From positions 96,001 to 160,000 of the forward strand of contig MTLP01000012.1 in NCBI GenBank assembly GCA_002009975.1: a DNA stretch of 64,000 nt, written 5' to 3'. Below the pieces are notes generated by a model that was not told the DNA's origin, did not search any database, and saw nothing but the letters and a program-made list of their open reading frames with translations. The DNA is from Thermococcus sp. JdFR-02. GTDB lineage: Archaea > Methanobacteriota_B > Thermococci > Thermococcales > Thermococcaceae. Made by a program: the position numbers and the translations under genes. Positions 19,031 through 29,084 of the stretch are shown here, piece after piece (the first letter of the stretch is position 1; every line of letters begins with the position of its first letter).

Positions 19031-19855
19031 ATGAGTCTTGAAAAACTCTATGAGCTTTTAAGCTGGCCCATGCGTCCAGATGATGAAGTAGCTAGAAGAA
19101 GATTTGAAAAAATTGTGAGAGTTTTTGAGCTTTTAGTTGAGAAAGGGACAATTAGGGTAGAGAAAAGTGTTAAAATACTTGATCTAGCAGCGGGGACAGG
19201 TATAGCGGGAGCGGCTTTAGCTAAAGTTCTTAGGGAGAAAGGAATTGAGATTGAGCTTACGGTTGTTGATGCCAGAGAAAAAGACCTCCCTCTTGTTAAT
19301 GAATGGTTGAAGCTGAGTAAAGCGAGAGATGTAAAAGTCAAAACTATAGTAGCGGATATAAGGAAACTGCACGAGTTTGTTGAGAAAGATAGCCATAATG
19401 TTGCTTTGCTTTGGGGCTTAACTATGCCTCACTTTGACCCTTTTGACGCTGTAAAGATTTTTGCAAATACAGCTTATGCACTAAAAAACGATGGAATTTT
19501 CATGATGGAAGAGTCTGATAGAGTTTATGGAATCCTCTACAGGCAGGGTTACAAAAACTTCCTTGTTGAGACTAAACGTGAGGGGTACACATTAGTCTCA
19601 GTTCATGAAGGATACAACCTCAAGAGGGGAATGTTTAGGAGAACTTATTATAAATTGCCGGGCTTTGAGAAAATTGCTGAAGAAGAGCACAGACTTTGGG
19701 ACATCGCAGGAATTGTTGGAATAGGGAGTATTTTCTTCAGAGAGTTTGAGCTCATGACAAAAAGCACACATGGCATTTTTGGCATTTCCGATGTATTGAT
19801 CTTTAAAAATCCAAGGAAAAGTTTGCCACTTAGTGAATTTTTAACGGAGGGATAA
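19031..19855 (+). CDS. Class I SAM-dependent methyltransferase
   Basis: ILDLAAGTGIAG motif I. Confidence 0.85.
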   Translation: MSLEKLYELLSWPMRPDDEVARRRFEKIVRVFELLVEKGTIRVEKSVKILDLAAGTGIAGAALAKVLREKGIEIELTVVDAREKDLPLVNEWLKLSKARDVKVKTIVADIRKLHEFVEKDSHNVALLWGLTMPHFDPFDAVKIFANTAYALKNDGIFMMEESDRVYGILYRQGYKNFLVETKREGYTLVSVHEGYNLKRGMFRRTYYKLPGFEKIAEEEHRLWDIAGIVGIGSIFFREFELMTKSTHGIFGISDVLIFKNPRKSLPLSEFLTEG

Positions 19856-19857
19856 AA

Positions 19858-20289
19858 ATGCTCACAAAGCTCTTCAAAAAGCCAGAGGATTTTGATATCA
19901 ACGAAGCAATAAACTTAGTTTCATCTAGAACAACGGGAGGAATAGTCATTTTTTTAGGAAAAGTTAGGGAGGAGAGTCATGGAAGGAGAGTAAAAAAGCT
20001 GATTTATGAAGCCTATGAAGAAATGGCGATGAAAGAAATGAAGAGAATTAGGGAAGAAGCATTACAAAAGTTTCCAATTGAAGAGATTTTAATATGGCAC
20101 CGTTATGGAGAGCTTGAAGTTGAAGAAAACACGATTTTAATAGTTGCGGCTGGAAAGCATAGGAAGGAATCTTTTGAAGCCTGTATATGGGCAGTTGATG
20201 AAGTGAAAAAAAGAGTTCCCATTTGGAAGAAGGAAATAACTGATGAGGGTGAATTTTGGATTGAAGGAAATAAAGTGAGAAAGGCTTAG
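19858..20289 (+). CDS. moaE: Molybdopterin synthase catalytic subunit
   Basis: GGIVIFLGKVR, YEAYEEMA, HRYGEL, KKRVPIWKKE. Confidence 0.93.
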   Translation: MLTKLFKKPEDFDINEAINLVSSRTTGGIVIFLGKVREESHGRRVKKLIYEAYEEMAMKEMKRIREEALQKFPIEEILIWHRYGELEVEENTILIVAAGKHRKESFEACIWAVDEVKKRVPIWKKEITDEGEFWIEGNKVRKA

Positions 20290-21608
20290 ATATAGAAATA
20301 TCTTTCAAGCTCCCACTCTGTAACCTTTTTGGTCTCTTTTGGAATTTGCTTCTCTTCAAGATAGGCCAAATAGCTTTCCCACTCCTTTTCTTTGTACTCT
20401 ATGAAGTTCTTGTATGCTTTTCCTAGGGCTTCTCTAACCACTTTGTCTTTCTTCAATTCCTCTAAGGCTTCACCTAAGCTCTCTGGCAAAGTTTCAATGC
20501 CAAACTTCTCTCTTTTCTCTTCACTCATGTGATAGACATCTTCCTCTACATAGCCAAAGGGTTCAATTTTGTGCTTGATTCCATCCAATCCAGCCTTGAT
20601 TATAGCCGCAAAGGCTAGGTATGGGTTTGCACTTGGATCTGGGCAGCGATACTCAATTCTTGCTCCTTTTCCTTTGAATGCTGGAACCCTAATTAAAGCG
20701 CTTCTGTTCTTGTATCCCCATGAAATATAAACTGGAGCTTCATAACCTGGAACTAAACGCTTATATGAGTTAACTGTTGGGTTTGTAACAGCTGTTAGAG
20801 CTTTAGCATGCTTTAAAAGTCCCCCAATGAAGTAAAGGGCTAATTCACTTAATCCTTTGTCTCCAACGAATATATTTTCCCCATCTTTCCAGAGGCTTAT
20901 GTGTAAGTGCATTCCGTTTCCGGGCATTCCATAGATTGGTTTTGGCATAAAAGTTGCATACAATCCATGCATTTCTCCAACGGCTTTAACTATGTATTTA
21001 AAGCTTACAATGTTATCAGCTGTTTTCAAAGCCTCAGCAAACCTGAAGTCGATCTCGTGTTGCCCAGCGCCGACTTCATGGTGTAGAACCTCTGGGATTA
21101 AGCCAAAATGGGGCATGTATAATGCGATTTCTCTTTTTATTTCCCTTGCTTTATCGAGATTTACAATATCGAAATATCCACCAACATCTGGAAGCTGCAA
21201 TTCCCATGTGCCGTTTCTCCTGAAGAAGTAAAACTCTGCTTCTGGACCAATATATGCACTTATTCCCTCTTTTGCAAGCTCTTCTAAAGTGGACTTTAGG
21301 ATTCCTCTTGGGTCTGCATAATAAGGTTCATCGTCCTTGTATATATAGCCATAAACCCTTGCAATTCCATCCCATGGAACCTCTGCATAGGTGCTTGGAT
21401 CTGCTTTGAATATTAAATCACTATCTTCAATTCCTTGGAATCCCGGAACTGAGGAACCATCAAAGGAGATGCCATCACTTATTGCTTCTTCATACCTGCT
21501 TATAGGAACTTCCATTCCCTTTGGAACTCCATTTATATCAACGAAAATGAGCTGGACAAACTTGGGTTTCACCTTAACTTCGATTTGTTCTGCTCTCACT
21601 TCGTTCAT
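20286..21608 (-). CDS. glnA: Glutamine synthetase type I
   Basis: FDGSS, HHEV..GQHEI, TFMPKP..GNGMH, NSYKRLVPGYEAP, NRSALIRVP, RIEYRCPD. Confidence 0.96.
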   Translation of the reverse strand: MNEVRAEQIEVKVKPKFVQLIFVDINGVPKGMEVPISRYEEAISDGISFDGSSVPGFQGIEDSDLIFKADPSTYAEVPWDGIARVYGYIYKDDEPYYADPRGILKSTLEELAKEGISAYIGPEAEFYFFRRNGTWELQLPDVGGYFDIVNLDKAREIKREIALYMPHFGLIPEVLHHEVGAGQHEIDFRFAEALKTADNIVSFKYIVKAVGEMHGLYATFMPKPIYGMPGNGMHLHISLWKDGENIFVGDKGLSELALYFIGGLLKHAKALTAVTNPTVNSYKRLVPGYEAPVYISWGYKNRSALIRVPAFKGKGARIEYRCPDPSANPYLAFAAIIKAGLDGIKHKIEPFGYVEEDVYHMSEEKREKFGIETLPESLGEALEELKKDKVVREALGKAYKNFIEYKEKEWESYLAYLEEKQIPKETKKVTEWELERYFYI

Positions 21609-21899
21609 TTTTATCACCTCTTAATGATTAAATGTTCATCATAAACGATGTATTACTGAACAACTTTTAGAATAAAAGGCTTTTGTTTAGAAATTTGTCA
21701 CTTTGACAAATGTAATAATGCTTTTCTATCGATTAACTGACACATGTTAAAATTATTCAAAAAATTTCCAAAAATTTACAAATCTATGTCAGTAAAATTC
21801 ATCCTTTTAATGGTGTATTGATAAACGTGTAGCATTGTAATAAATAGACTACAAAAAGAATATATATTTGATGTTTAGACAATGCAAAAGGTGAAGATT

Positions 21900-22856
21900 A
21901 TGGAGATTCTGGTAACCGGTGGTGCTGGTTTTATAGGTTCTCATTTGGTTGATAAATTAATGGAAAAGGGCAACAAGGTTAGAGTTGTTGATGATTTAAG
22001 CGCTGGAAGTTTAAAAAACATTGAAAAATGGTTAGATGATAAAAATTTTGAATTCATTAAAGGTGACCTAAGAGATCCAAAAGTTGCCCTAGAAAGTGTT
22101 AAAGATGTCGATATTGTTTTTCACTTAGCTGCGAATCCAGAAGTGAGGATTGGTGCTCAAAGTCCAGAGCTTCTGTATGAAACCAACGTTTTGATAACCT
22201 ACAACCTTTTGGAAGCTATGAGAAAAGAAAATGTGAAATATCTTGTTTTTACATCTTCTTCAACTGTCTATGGGGATGCTAAAGTTATTCCAACTCCAGA
22301 GGATTATGCTCCCTTAGAGCCGATAAGTGTTTATGGTGGTGTTAAATTAGCAGCTGAAGCATTAATCAGTGGATACGCTCACACTTTTGATATTAAATCT
22401 CTCATCTTCAGGTTAGCGAACATCATAGGTGAAAGGTCAAATCACGGAGTAATCTATGATTTCATCAATAAGCTCAAGAAGACTCCTGAGAGATTAGAAA
22501 TTCTTGGAGATGGGACGCAGAGAAAAAGCTATCTCCATGTTAGTGATACAATTGAAGCAATGCTTTATCTTTTTGAAAAGTTTAAAGAAGAGGAGAAAAT
22601 TTACGATGTTTATAACTTAGGAAGTGAAGACTGGATTACAGTTAAAGAAATAGCAGAAATAGTCAGCAGAGCTATGAACTTAAATCCGGGGTTTTATTTT
22701 ACTGGTGGTGTTGATGGCGGCAGGGGATGGAAAGGCGATGTTAAGTTCATGCGCTTAAGTATTGAGAAAGCTAAAAGTAGAGGTTGGAAGCCAAAGATGA
22801 ATAGCTATCAAGCAGTTGAAAGAACTGTGAGAGAGCTTTTGGAGAGTATGGGTTAG
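21900..22856 (+). CDS. NAD-dependent epimerase/dehydratase (UDP-glucose 4-epimerase-like)
   Basis: TGGAGFIG, SSSTVYG, YGGVK (YxxxK). Confidence 0.9.
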   Translation: MEILVTGGAGFIGSHLVDKLMEKGNKVRVVDDLSAGSLKNIEKWLDDKNFEFIKGDLRDPKVALESVKDVDIVFHLAANPEVRIGAQSPELLYETNVLITYNLLEAMRKENVKYLVFTSSSTVYGDAKVIPTPEDYAPLEPISVYGGVKLAAEALISGYAHTFDIKSLIFRLANIIGERSNHGVIYDFINKLKKTPERLEILGDGTQRKSYLHVSDTIEAMLYLFEKFKEEEKIYDVYNLGSEDWITVKEIAEIVSRAMNLNPGFYFTGGVDGGRGWKGDVKFMRLSIEKAKSRGWKPKMNSYQAVERTVRELLESMG

Positions 22857-22893
22857 GTTTTTATATTTTCTCTATGTTTTATGTTTGAGAGCA

Positions 22894-24135
22894 ATGACTG
22901 AAAGTCTAAAATTGAGATTAATAAAAAATGCCAGTTGGTTATTTTCTGCAGAGGTCATATCAAAGATACTTGCCTATGGATTAATTGTTCTTTTAGGAAG
23001 AACTCTTGGTGAAGAAGGGTTAGGACAGTATTCTTTCATATTCTCTTTCGTAGCTTTAACTTCAATTTTCTCCGACTTGGGTGTTAGTTTTTATGTAATG
23101 AGAGAAATTGCAAGGGATAAAAGCAAGACAGAGGATATTTTTCCTTATGCTTTGGGTTTGAAAATTGTTTTAGCTTTAATTAATTTTGGAATTATAGTTG
23201 CTTTAGCCTCACAACTAAATAAGCCAAGCTGGATTAAGGCTTTAATCTATTTAGTTGCTTTTGAAAACATCCTATTTGTGATTTCAAACATTTTCATTCG
23301 TCTTATGTTTGCTTATGAAGTTACAAAGTATGAAGCTATTGCAAAGGCATTAGAGAGGTCTTGGGCATTTTTTATTGGAGGAAGCATTTTGTATTTTAAG
23401 AGACAACTTACACCGTTTATTATTGCTCTCGTTGTCGGGTATTACCTTAGGGAATCTTTGAGAGTTTATTGGGGCTCACGATTCTTAGACAGGCTAAAAA
23501 TGAAGTTTGATGTTAGGGCTTGGCTTGAAATTTTGAAACATTCCTATCCTTTTTGGTTGATTGGACTTTTTATCATAATTTATTACCGTACGGATATAGT
23601 CATGCTTGGCTTGTTAAAAAGCGATTATGATGTTGGAGTTTATAGAGGCGCATACACCTTAATAGAAGTCCCTATGTTCATCCCCAGCATCGTGATTTCA
23701 ACAACTTTGCCCTCAATGGCAAGACTCTGGAAAGAGGATAGAAAAACTCTTGGGGTCTTGTTTAAGAAAAGTTTTCAAGTGTTGGCTTTGATTGGGATTG
23801 TCGGGACTTTGGGGTTTTACTTTTTATCCGACTTTGCTATAAGAATTGTTTTTGGAAGTGGATTTAGAGAAAGTGTGGGAGTTTTGAAAATTTTGGGTTT
23901 TGCTGTTCCGTTTATGTTCTTAAATTCTCTATTTGGGAGTCTTTTGAATGCAACAGGGAGAGAGCTAACTTTTACAAAGATAACCGCTTTTACGGCTTTT
24001 GTCAATGTTGTGTTAAATTATTTCTTGATTCAGGGGTATAGTTATTATGGAGCCGCTGTTGCGACAGTGATGAGTACAGGAATTCAGTGTCTTTTGATGT
24101 TTCATATCTCCAAGATCTCAAAATTTCTTTCTTAG
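22894..24135 (+). CDS. Oligosaccharide flippase (Wzx/MOP family)
   Basis: LIKNASWL, LGQYSF, DLG...REIAR, DIVMLG, GAAVAT; many TMs. Confidence 0.9.
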   Translation: MTESLKLRLIKNASWLFSAEVISKILAYGLIVLLGRTLGEEGLGQYSFIFSFVALTSIFSDLGVSFYVMREIARDKSKTEDIFPYALGLKIVLALINFGIIVALASQLNKPSWIKALIYLVAFENILFVISNIFIRLMFAYEVTKYEAIAKALERSWAFFIGGSILYFKRQLTPFIIALVVGYYLRESLRVYWGSRFLDRLKMKFDVRAWLEILKHSYPFWLIGLFIIIYYRTDIVMLGLLKSDYDVGVYRGAYTLIEVPMFIPSIVISTTLPSMARLWKEDRKTLGVLFKKSFQVLALIGIVGTLGFYFLSDFAIRIVFGSGFRESVGVLKILGFAVPFMFLNSLFGSLLNATGRELTFTKITAFTAFVNVVLNYFLIQGYSYYGAAVATVMSTGIQCLLMFHISKISKFLS

Positions 24136-25701
24136 TTTTTTGATGGTTTTTTTGAGTTTTTCATTTTCTTGTTTTTTGTTATAATAGGTTGGGTCAACAT
24201 ATTTTGGTTTTCTTTTAGCGAATTCTGAGTCTTTTTCAAATATTTCTGTTAGGACTTTTCCGTCCATGTCGTTTGGGATTGGTAGGTTAAAGATGTGGAG
24301 GACTGTGGGGGCAATGTCATAGATTTTTGCATTTTCTATTTTGTAACCTTTCTTAATCCCCGGACCATAAGCAAGAAAAATACCATCTACATGATGGGTT
24401 CCAAATGGTGAGGAAATTTTCTCAATCATTGGAGCACTTAAATCCAAGGACGTCGAAAGACCATAGCCCCTCTTCAACAAGAAAATTATGTCTGGAGCTT
24501 CATCTAGATATGGTCCAGAATACACTTCTTCCTTTTTATAGACAGCTTCAATGATGCGTTCTCCTGTTTCTGGGTCTTTAAGGGTAGACAGCTTAGAGGT
24601 CAATTCATCCCTAAGCTTTTCATATTGTTCTTTGCTCTGAACTTTTTCACGATTGATTGATAGATATTGAGATGCGCTTCCAAATTGAATACCCGCATAA
24701 ACAATGCTTTCCTTGAGATCTACCTCAATAGAAGAAGAAGGAAGCTTTGCCTTGATAGACACAGGAAGGTATTTTCGGATCCAATCCAAACGGAGCTTCC
24801 TGAGTATTCTCAAAACAGAAGCCTGAGTGATGCCAATCTGCATTAATAGTGATTTATCCGGGCCTTCCGGTGGAGTTTCTCTCTTTTTAAGTTTAACATA
24901 TCCCATCTCATAAAGCCATTTAGTGATGTTGAAGTATCTCTTAAGCTCACAGAATCCATGATCAGACATCAGGATAACAAGTGTATCCTCAGGAATAGTC
25001 TTAAGTATAATAGACAGGCTTTTATCTACTTCGGCGTACACTCTAAGCAGTTTTTCTCTATCTTGGAACTGTTTATGTTGAACTACATCTGTCGCTTGGA
25101 ATAATACAAAGAAAAAGTCCCACGGATGATTTTTTATCAAATGGATGACTGTTTTTGTTCTTTTTTGTATCGTTCTTATAAGCTCGTTTATGAATTCCTC
25201 AGTATCCCACTTAGTTCTGACAATTTCTGGATCAGGTTCAATAATATATCCAAGTTTTTCTAGTTCTTCTGAAATCTTATTAGGATACACATAGTCTTCA
25301 GCATTGGGTGGGGTTAACATCCCTGAGATCACTACCCCATTAATTTTTTCAGGAGGGTACGTGACAGGATGATTGATGATTATTGACCTCTTGCCGTAGA
25401 AACTTAGATAATTCCATATCTTTTTTGATCTCACATCAGAAGATTTCACAATCCGAACTTTTCCAGTTTTGGTATCAACTATTATGAAGTTATAAACACC
25501 TAGCTTTGCTGGATTCTTTCCTGTAGCAAAGGAAGGCCATGCTGGCACTGTTACGGGTGGGATTGTGCTTTTTAAAATTCCCCATGTCCCGTTTTCCAAC
25601 AATTTTTTAAATGTCGGTAATTTCCCCTCTTTCACAAATGGCAAAATAACGTCCCAAGTTGCACCATCTAACCCAACAACGAATACTTTTATTTGAGTCA
25701 C
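24118..25701 (-). CDS. Alkaline phosphatase superfamily / type I phosphodiesterase-like protein
   Basis: VVGLDGATW, STIPPVTVPAWPSFATGKNP, SDHGF, GTHH, DIAPT; start GTG 25701 behind GGAGG. Confidence 0.88.
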   Translation of the reverse strand: MTQIKVFVVGLDGATWDVILPFVKEGKLPTFKKLLENGTWGILKSTIPPVTVPAWPSFATGKNPAKLGVYNFIIVDTKTGKVRIVKSSDVRSKKIWNYLSFYGKRSIIINHPVTYPPEKINGVVISGMLTPPNAEDYVYPNKISEELEKLGYIIEPDPEIVRTKWDTEEFINELIRTIQKRTKTVIHLIKNHPWDFFFVLFQATDVVQHKQFQDREKLLRVYAEVDKSLSIILKTIPEDTLVILMSDHGFCELKRYFNITKWLYEMGYVKLKKRETPPEGPDKSLLMQIGITQASVLRILRKLRLDWIRKYLPVSIKAKLPSSSIEVDLKESIVYAGIQFGSASQYLSINREKVQSKEQYEKLRDELTSKLSTLKDPETGERIIEAVYKKEEVYSGPYLDEAPDIIFLLKRGYGLSTSLDLSAPMIEKISSPFGTHHVDGIFLAYGPGIKKGYKIENAKIYDIAPTVLHIFNLPIPNDMDGKVLTEIFEKDSEFAKRKPKYVDPTYYNKKQENEKLKKTIKKLRKKF

Positions 25702-25714
25702 TTTTTGCCCTCCA

Positions 25715-26923
25715 CTATTTTTGGTAGTCTTGTAGAACCTTTTCATATATTGCAATTATTTCTCCACTAATCTTTGAATAATCAAATTTCTCTCTCCATT
25801 TTAAAGCGTTTTGTGACAATTTTTTTCTAAGTTCTTCATCAGACTTAAGTTCAAGTATGGCATTTACCAAAATTTGTGGATTCTTAGGAGGTATTAGATA
25901 TGCATCATGCAGATGTGTTAAGATTTTCTCAGTATATCCAACTTTTGTGACTATTGATGGTTTTCCCATACAAAGAGCTTCCTGGAGAGTTGTAGACCAA
26001 ATATTTTCTACAGGTGATAAAGCACAAAAAACATCGCTTAATGCATACCATACTTCAGTATCACTCCTTTTTCCTATGATTATGAGGTTTTTTAAATTAT
26101 TTTTTGCTTTTAATTTTCTGATTTTGCTTTCTAATTTTCCACTACCAACTATTAAGAACATAACGTTTTTTTCATTTCTAAGTATCTTCGCTGCTTTAAC
26201 TAGTGTTTCTGGATCCTTATCCCAGTCTACTCTAGCCAAAAACAAAACTATAAATTTGTCATAAAGTGCCAATTTTTCTCTATATTTCTTTGCATTTTCC
26301 AAAATTTTCTCAGAAAATGGGTTGAATCTTTCTAAGTTTATTCCCTTATATGTAAAATAAATCTTGTACTTCAAGTTGGGATAGTTGGAAAGGAGAAGAT
26401 CCCTTAGTTCTTCATGATGAGTTAGTATTGCATCAGCTTTTTTGATTATAACATCCAACATCATTTTGAGATACTTATTGTCAAAACTTTGGATATAGTT
26501 AGTTAATGGGATTCTAATGTCATTTCCATGGGCAGTTACGATTAATGGTTTCTTATATTTCTCTTTTAGTTTTACTCCCGCATAGCCAGAAGGCCAGGCA
26601 AAATGGGCATGAATTAAATCAAAATCGATATTCTCTTTTTCAATAATCTGGCTAGCAACTTTAAAATAGTTGTTTCCCAGATGCTTTCTGAAAAATGTTA
26701 TTGGAAGGTGAAAGAATCTCGGATAATATACCTTTACATTATCATAATTATAATCTTTGAGATTCCTTTTTGTTCCCAATGGCTGTGGAGAGATGACAGT
26801 TATCTCTTTAAAGTACTTCTTAAGTTCATTAACTTGCTCTTTTACAAAAATACCTCCATAAAAAGAGTTATCTTTATTTGGGAATAGGTTAGATAAGATA
26901 AGTAACCGTCTATTAAATTTCAT
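25715..26923 (-). CDS. Glycosyltransferase family 4
   Basis: DLIHAHFAWP, TAHGND, ENIWSTTLQEA (ExxxxxxxE-like). Confidence 0.88.
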   Translation of the reverse strand: MKFNRRLLILSNLFPNKDNSFYGGIFVKEQVNELKKYFKEITVISPQPLGTKRNLKDYNYDNVKVYYPRFFHLPITFFRKHLGNNYFKVASQIIEKENIDFDLIHAHFAWPSGYAGVKLKEKYKKPLIVTAHGNDIRIPLTNYIQSFDNKYLKMMLDVIIKKADAILTHHEELRDLLLSNYPNLKYKIYFTYKGINLERFNPFSEKILENAKKYREKLALYDKFIVLFLARVDWDKDPETLVKAAKILRNEKNVMFLIVGSGKLESKIRKLKAKNNLKNLIIIGKRSDTEVWYALSDVFCALSPVENIWSTTLQEALCMGKPSIVTKVGYTEKILTHLHDAYLIPPKNPQILVNAILELKSDEELRKKLSQNALKWREKFDYSKISGEIIAIYEKVLQDYQK

Positions 26924-27995
26924 TTTTAGTCTCCTCTATCGTTTTTACTATTTTTTCACTTGCTTTTCCGTCCCCGAATTTATAAGTGTAGACTTTTCCA
27001 TTTGGATTGAAGTCTCTGATTGCATTCAATATTTTTTCTTTGTCAGCACCAACTAAGATGTTCCATCCGTCTTCTACGGTCTCAACCCACTCCGTTCTTT
27101 CTCTTAATGTGATGCACGGGACTTTTAAGAAGTATGCTTCTTTTTGAACGCCACCAGAATCTGTTAAAATTTTCCTTGCATTCTCCTCAAGAACCAGCAT
27201 GTCTAAGTAACCAACTGGTGGAATTAGTAGCACATTTCCTGCTTTTTCAAGCTTTTTGAGAAGTTTATAAGCTTTCAAATACTTTTGAGTTCTCGGATGG
27301 GCTGGAAAGACAATTAATTCCCCACTCTTAATGAAGGCTTCAATGATGTTCTCCAAATTCTTTCTGTTATCAGTATTCTCAGCTCTGTGGACTGTTGCTA
27401 ATAAGTATTCTCTGGATTTTAGCCCGAGTTCTTTTAGAATATTTGAGTTTTTCCTTGCAATTTTGATATTATAGAGCAAAGCGTCATACATGACATCACC
27501 GGTCAGATAAACTCCCTCTTTAATTCCTTCATTATATAAGTTTTTGACAGCAGTTTCAGTTGGCGCAAAGAGGAAGTTACTAATGTGGTCTGTCAAAACT
27601 CTGTTAACTTCTTCGGGCATTTTTTTGTTAAAGCTTCTTAAGCCAGCCTCTATGTGAGCGACTTTGATGTGAAGCTTTACAGCGGCTAAGGCACCAGCCA
27701 ATGTTGAGTTGGTGTCGCCGTAAACCAAAACTAAGTCGGGGTTTTCTTTGAGTAGGACTTTTTCAATTTGTTTTAGCATTTCCCCTGTTTGGTAGCCGTG
27801 AGTTCCAGAGCCTACTTCGAGATAATAATCGGGCTTTGGAATGTTTAATTGTTCAAAAAATATTTTGTCCATTTCATAATCATAGTGTTGTCCAGTATGA
27901 ATTACAATCTCATCAAAGTGTTTTCTTAATTCTTTTGAAACAGGAGCCATTTTAATGAACTGCGGACGGGCGCCAACAACCGTAACAATCCTCAT
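26913..27995 (-). CDS. wecB: UDP-N-acetylglucosamine 2-epimerase (non-hydrolysing; WecB/WbpI-like)
   Basis: GARPQFIK, HTGQHY, GDTNS, HIEAGLRS, PEEVNR, TDSGGVQKEA. Confidence 0.93.
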   Translation of the reverse strand: MRIVTVVGARPQFIKMAPVSKELRKHFDEIVIHTGQHYDYEMDKIFFEQLNIPKPDYYLEVGSGTHGYQTGEMLKQIEKVLLKENPDLVLVYGDTNSTLAGALAAVKLHIKVAHIEAGLRSFNKKMPEEVNRVLTDHISNFLFAPTETAVKNLYNEGIKEGVYLTGDVMYDALLYNIKIARKNSNILKELGLKSREYLLATVHRAENTDNRKNLENIIEAFIKSGELIVFPAHPRTQKYLKAYKLLKKLEKAGNVLLIPPVGYLDMLVLEENARKILTDSGGVQKEAYFLKVPCITLRERTEWVETVEDGWNILVGADKEKILNAIRDFNPNGKVYTYKFGDGKASEKIVKTIEETKNEI

Positions 27996-29080
27996 TTTAA
28001 TCCCTCGTATAATCTTAATAATCTATTTTCCATTTTTTCCCAAGTATATTTTGCTAAAAAAACTTTTTTGCCATTGTGTCCCATTTTTTTAATGTACTTG
28101 GGGTTGTTTATTAAATAAAGGAGCTTTTGTTTTGCATCATTTTTGCTATATTTAACGCCTAAACCACATTTCCCTCTTTTAACAATTTCCTCCATTACAG
28201 AACCCTCTGTAACAAGGAGAGGGGTCTTAAGAGCCATTGCTTCAAATAGTTTATTTGGAGATGCAAGTTGGTTATTTTTAGTTGAAGGGTCATAAATTGC
28301 AAAAGTTACATGTGATCTTGAAAGTTCTTTTAACGAGTTATCATGTGATACATATCCGAGAAATCTACACTTATCGTAACATCTTTTTTTGACTTCTTCA
28401 AGAAGTTTGCCTGATCCGGCTATCTTTATTTTAATTCCTAATTTTTTAGCTATGTCAATCATCTCAATAATAAAACGTCCTTCTGATAAAACTCCCGCAT
28501 AAAAAATTGTAAACTCTCTATTCTTTTTTATAGGGAGTTTTATTGGGGAGATAGTGTTCATTACAACAATTATTTTTTCTTTTCGTCCTCTTTCTCTTAA
28601 AATCTTAATAAATCTCTTGTTAACAACTATGATATTATCGCTCCTCTTTATTATCCAGGAGTCGAGATGAGATATAATTTTTGATGCAAGCTTATTTTCT
28701 CTTTCCACAAGACTTTCATACAAGTCATGGATATCATAAATCCACCTCTTTCTCTTTAGCTTTTTTATTAAAAACCCTAAAAAAGCAGTGTCAAAATCGT
28801 GGGTGTGTATTGCATCAAAATTTTCTTTTAGGAGGATTTTTAGAGCTTTGAGATAAAACAATGGGAGCTTAAGAGCGAAATCTGAAAAATTTCCATACTT
28901 TGATCTTAGTTTGATTCTTTTTATTTTAATTCCTTCAAAATTTTCTTCCGTAGGATATTTTCCTTCTCTATCCCAAGCAATTATGGTAACATCATGACCA
29001 TGTTTAATCAAGCTTCTTGCTTCTTTATAAACCCTAGGATCGGGCTTGAAGGGATTACTAAGTGTCATTACGATTTTCAT
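27992..29080 (-). CDS. Glycosyltransferase family 4
   Basis: DPRVYKEA, IHTHDFD, YDIHD, SPNKLFEAMA. Confidence 0.88.
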   Translation of the reverse strand: MKIVMTLSNPFKPDPRVYKEARSLIKHGHDVTIIAWDREGKYPTEENFEGIKIKRIKLRSKYGNFSDFALKLPLFYLKALKILLKENFDAIHTHDFDTAFLGFLIKKLKRKRWIYDIHDLYESLVERENKLASKIISHLDSWIIKRSDNIIVVNKRFIKILRERGRKEKIIVVMNTISPIKLPIKKNREFTIFYAGVLSEGRFIIEMIDIAKKLGIKIKIAGSGKLLEEVKKRCYDKCRFLGYVSHDNSLKELSRSHVTFAIYDPSTKNNQLASPNKLFEAMALKTPLLVTEGSVMEEIVKRGKCGLGVKYSKNDAKQKLLYLINNPKYIKKMGHNGKKVFLAKYTWEKMENRLLRLYEGLK

Positions 29081-29084
29081 TTTC

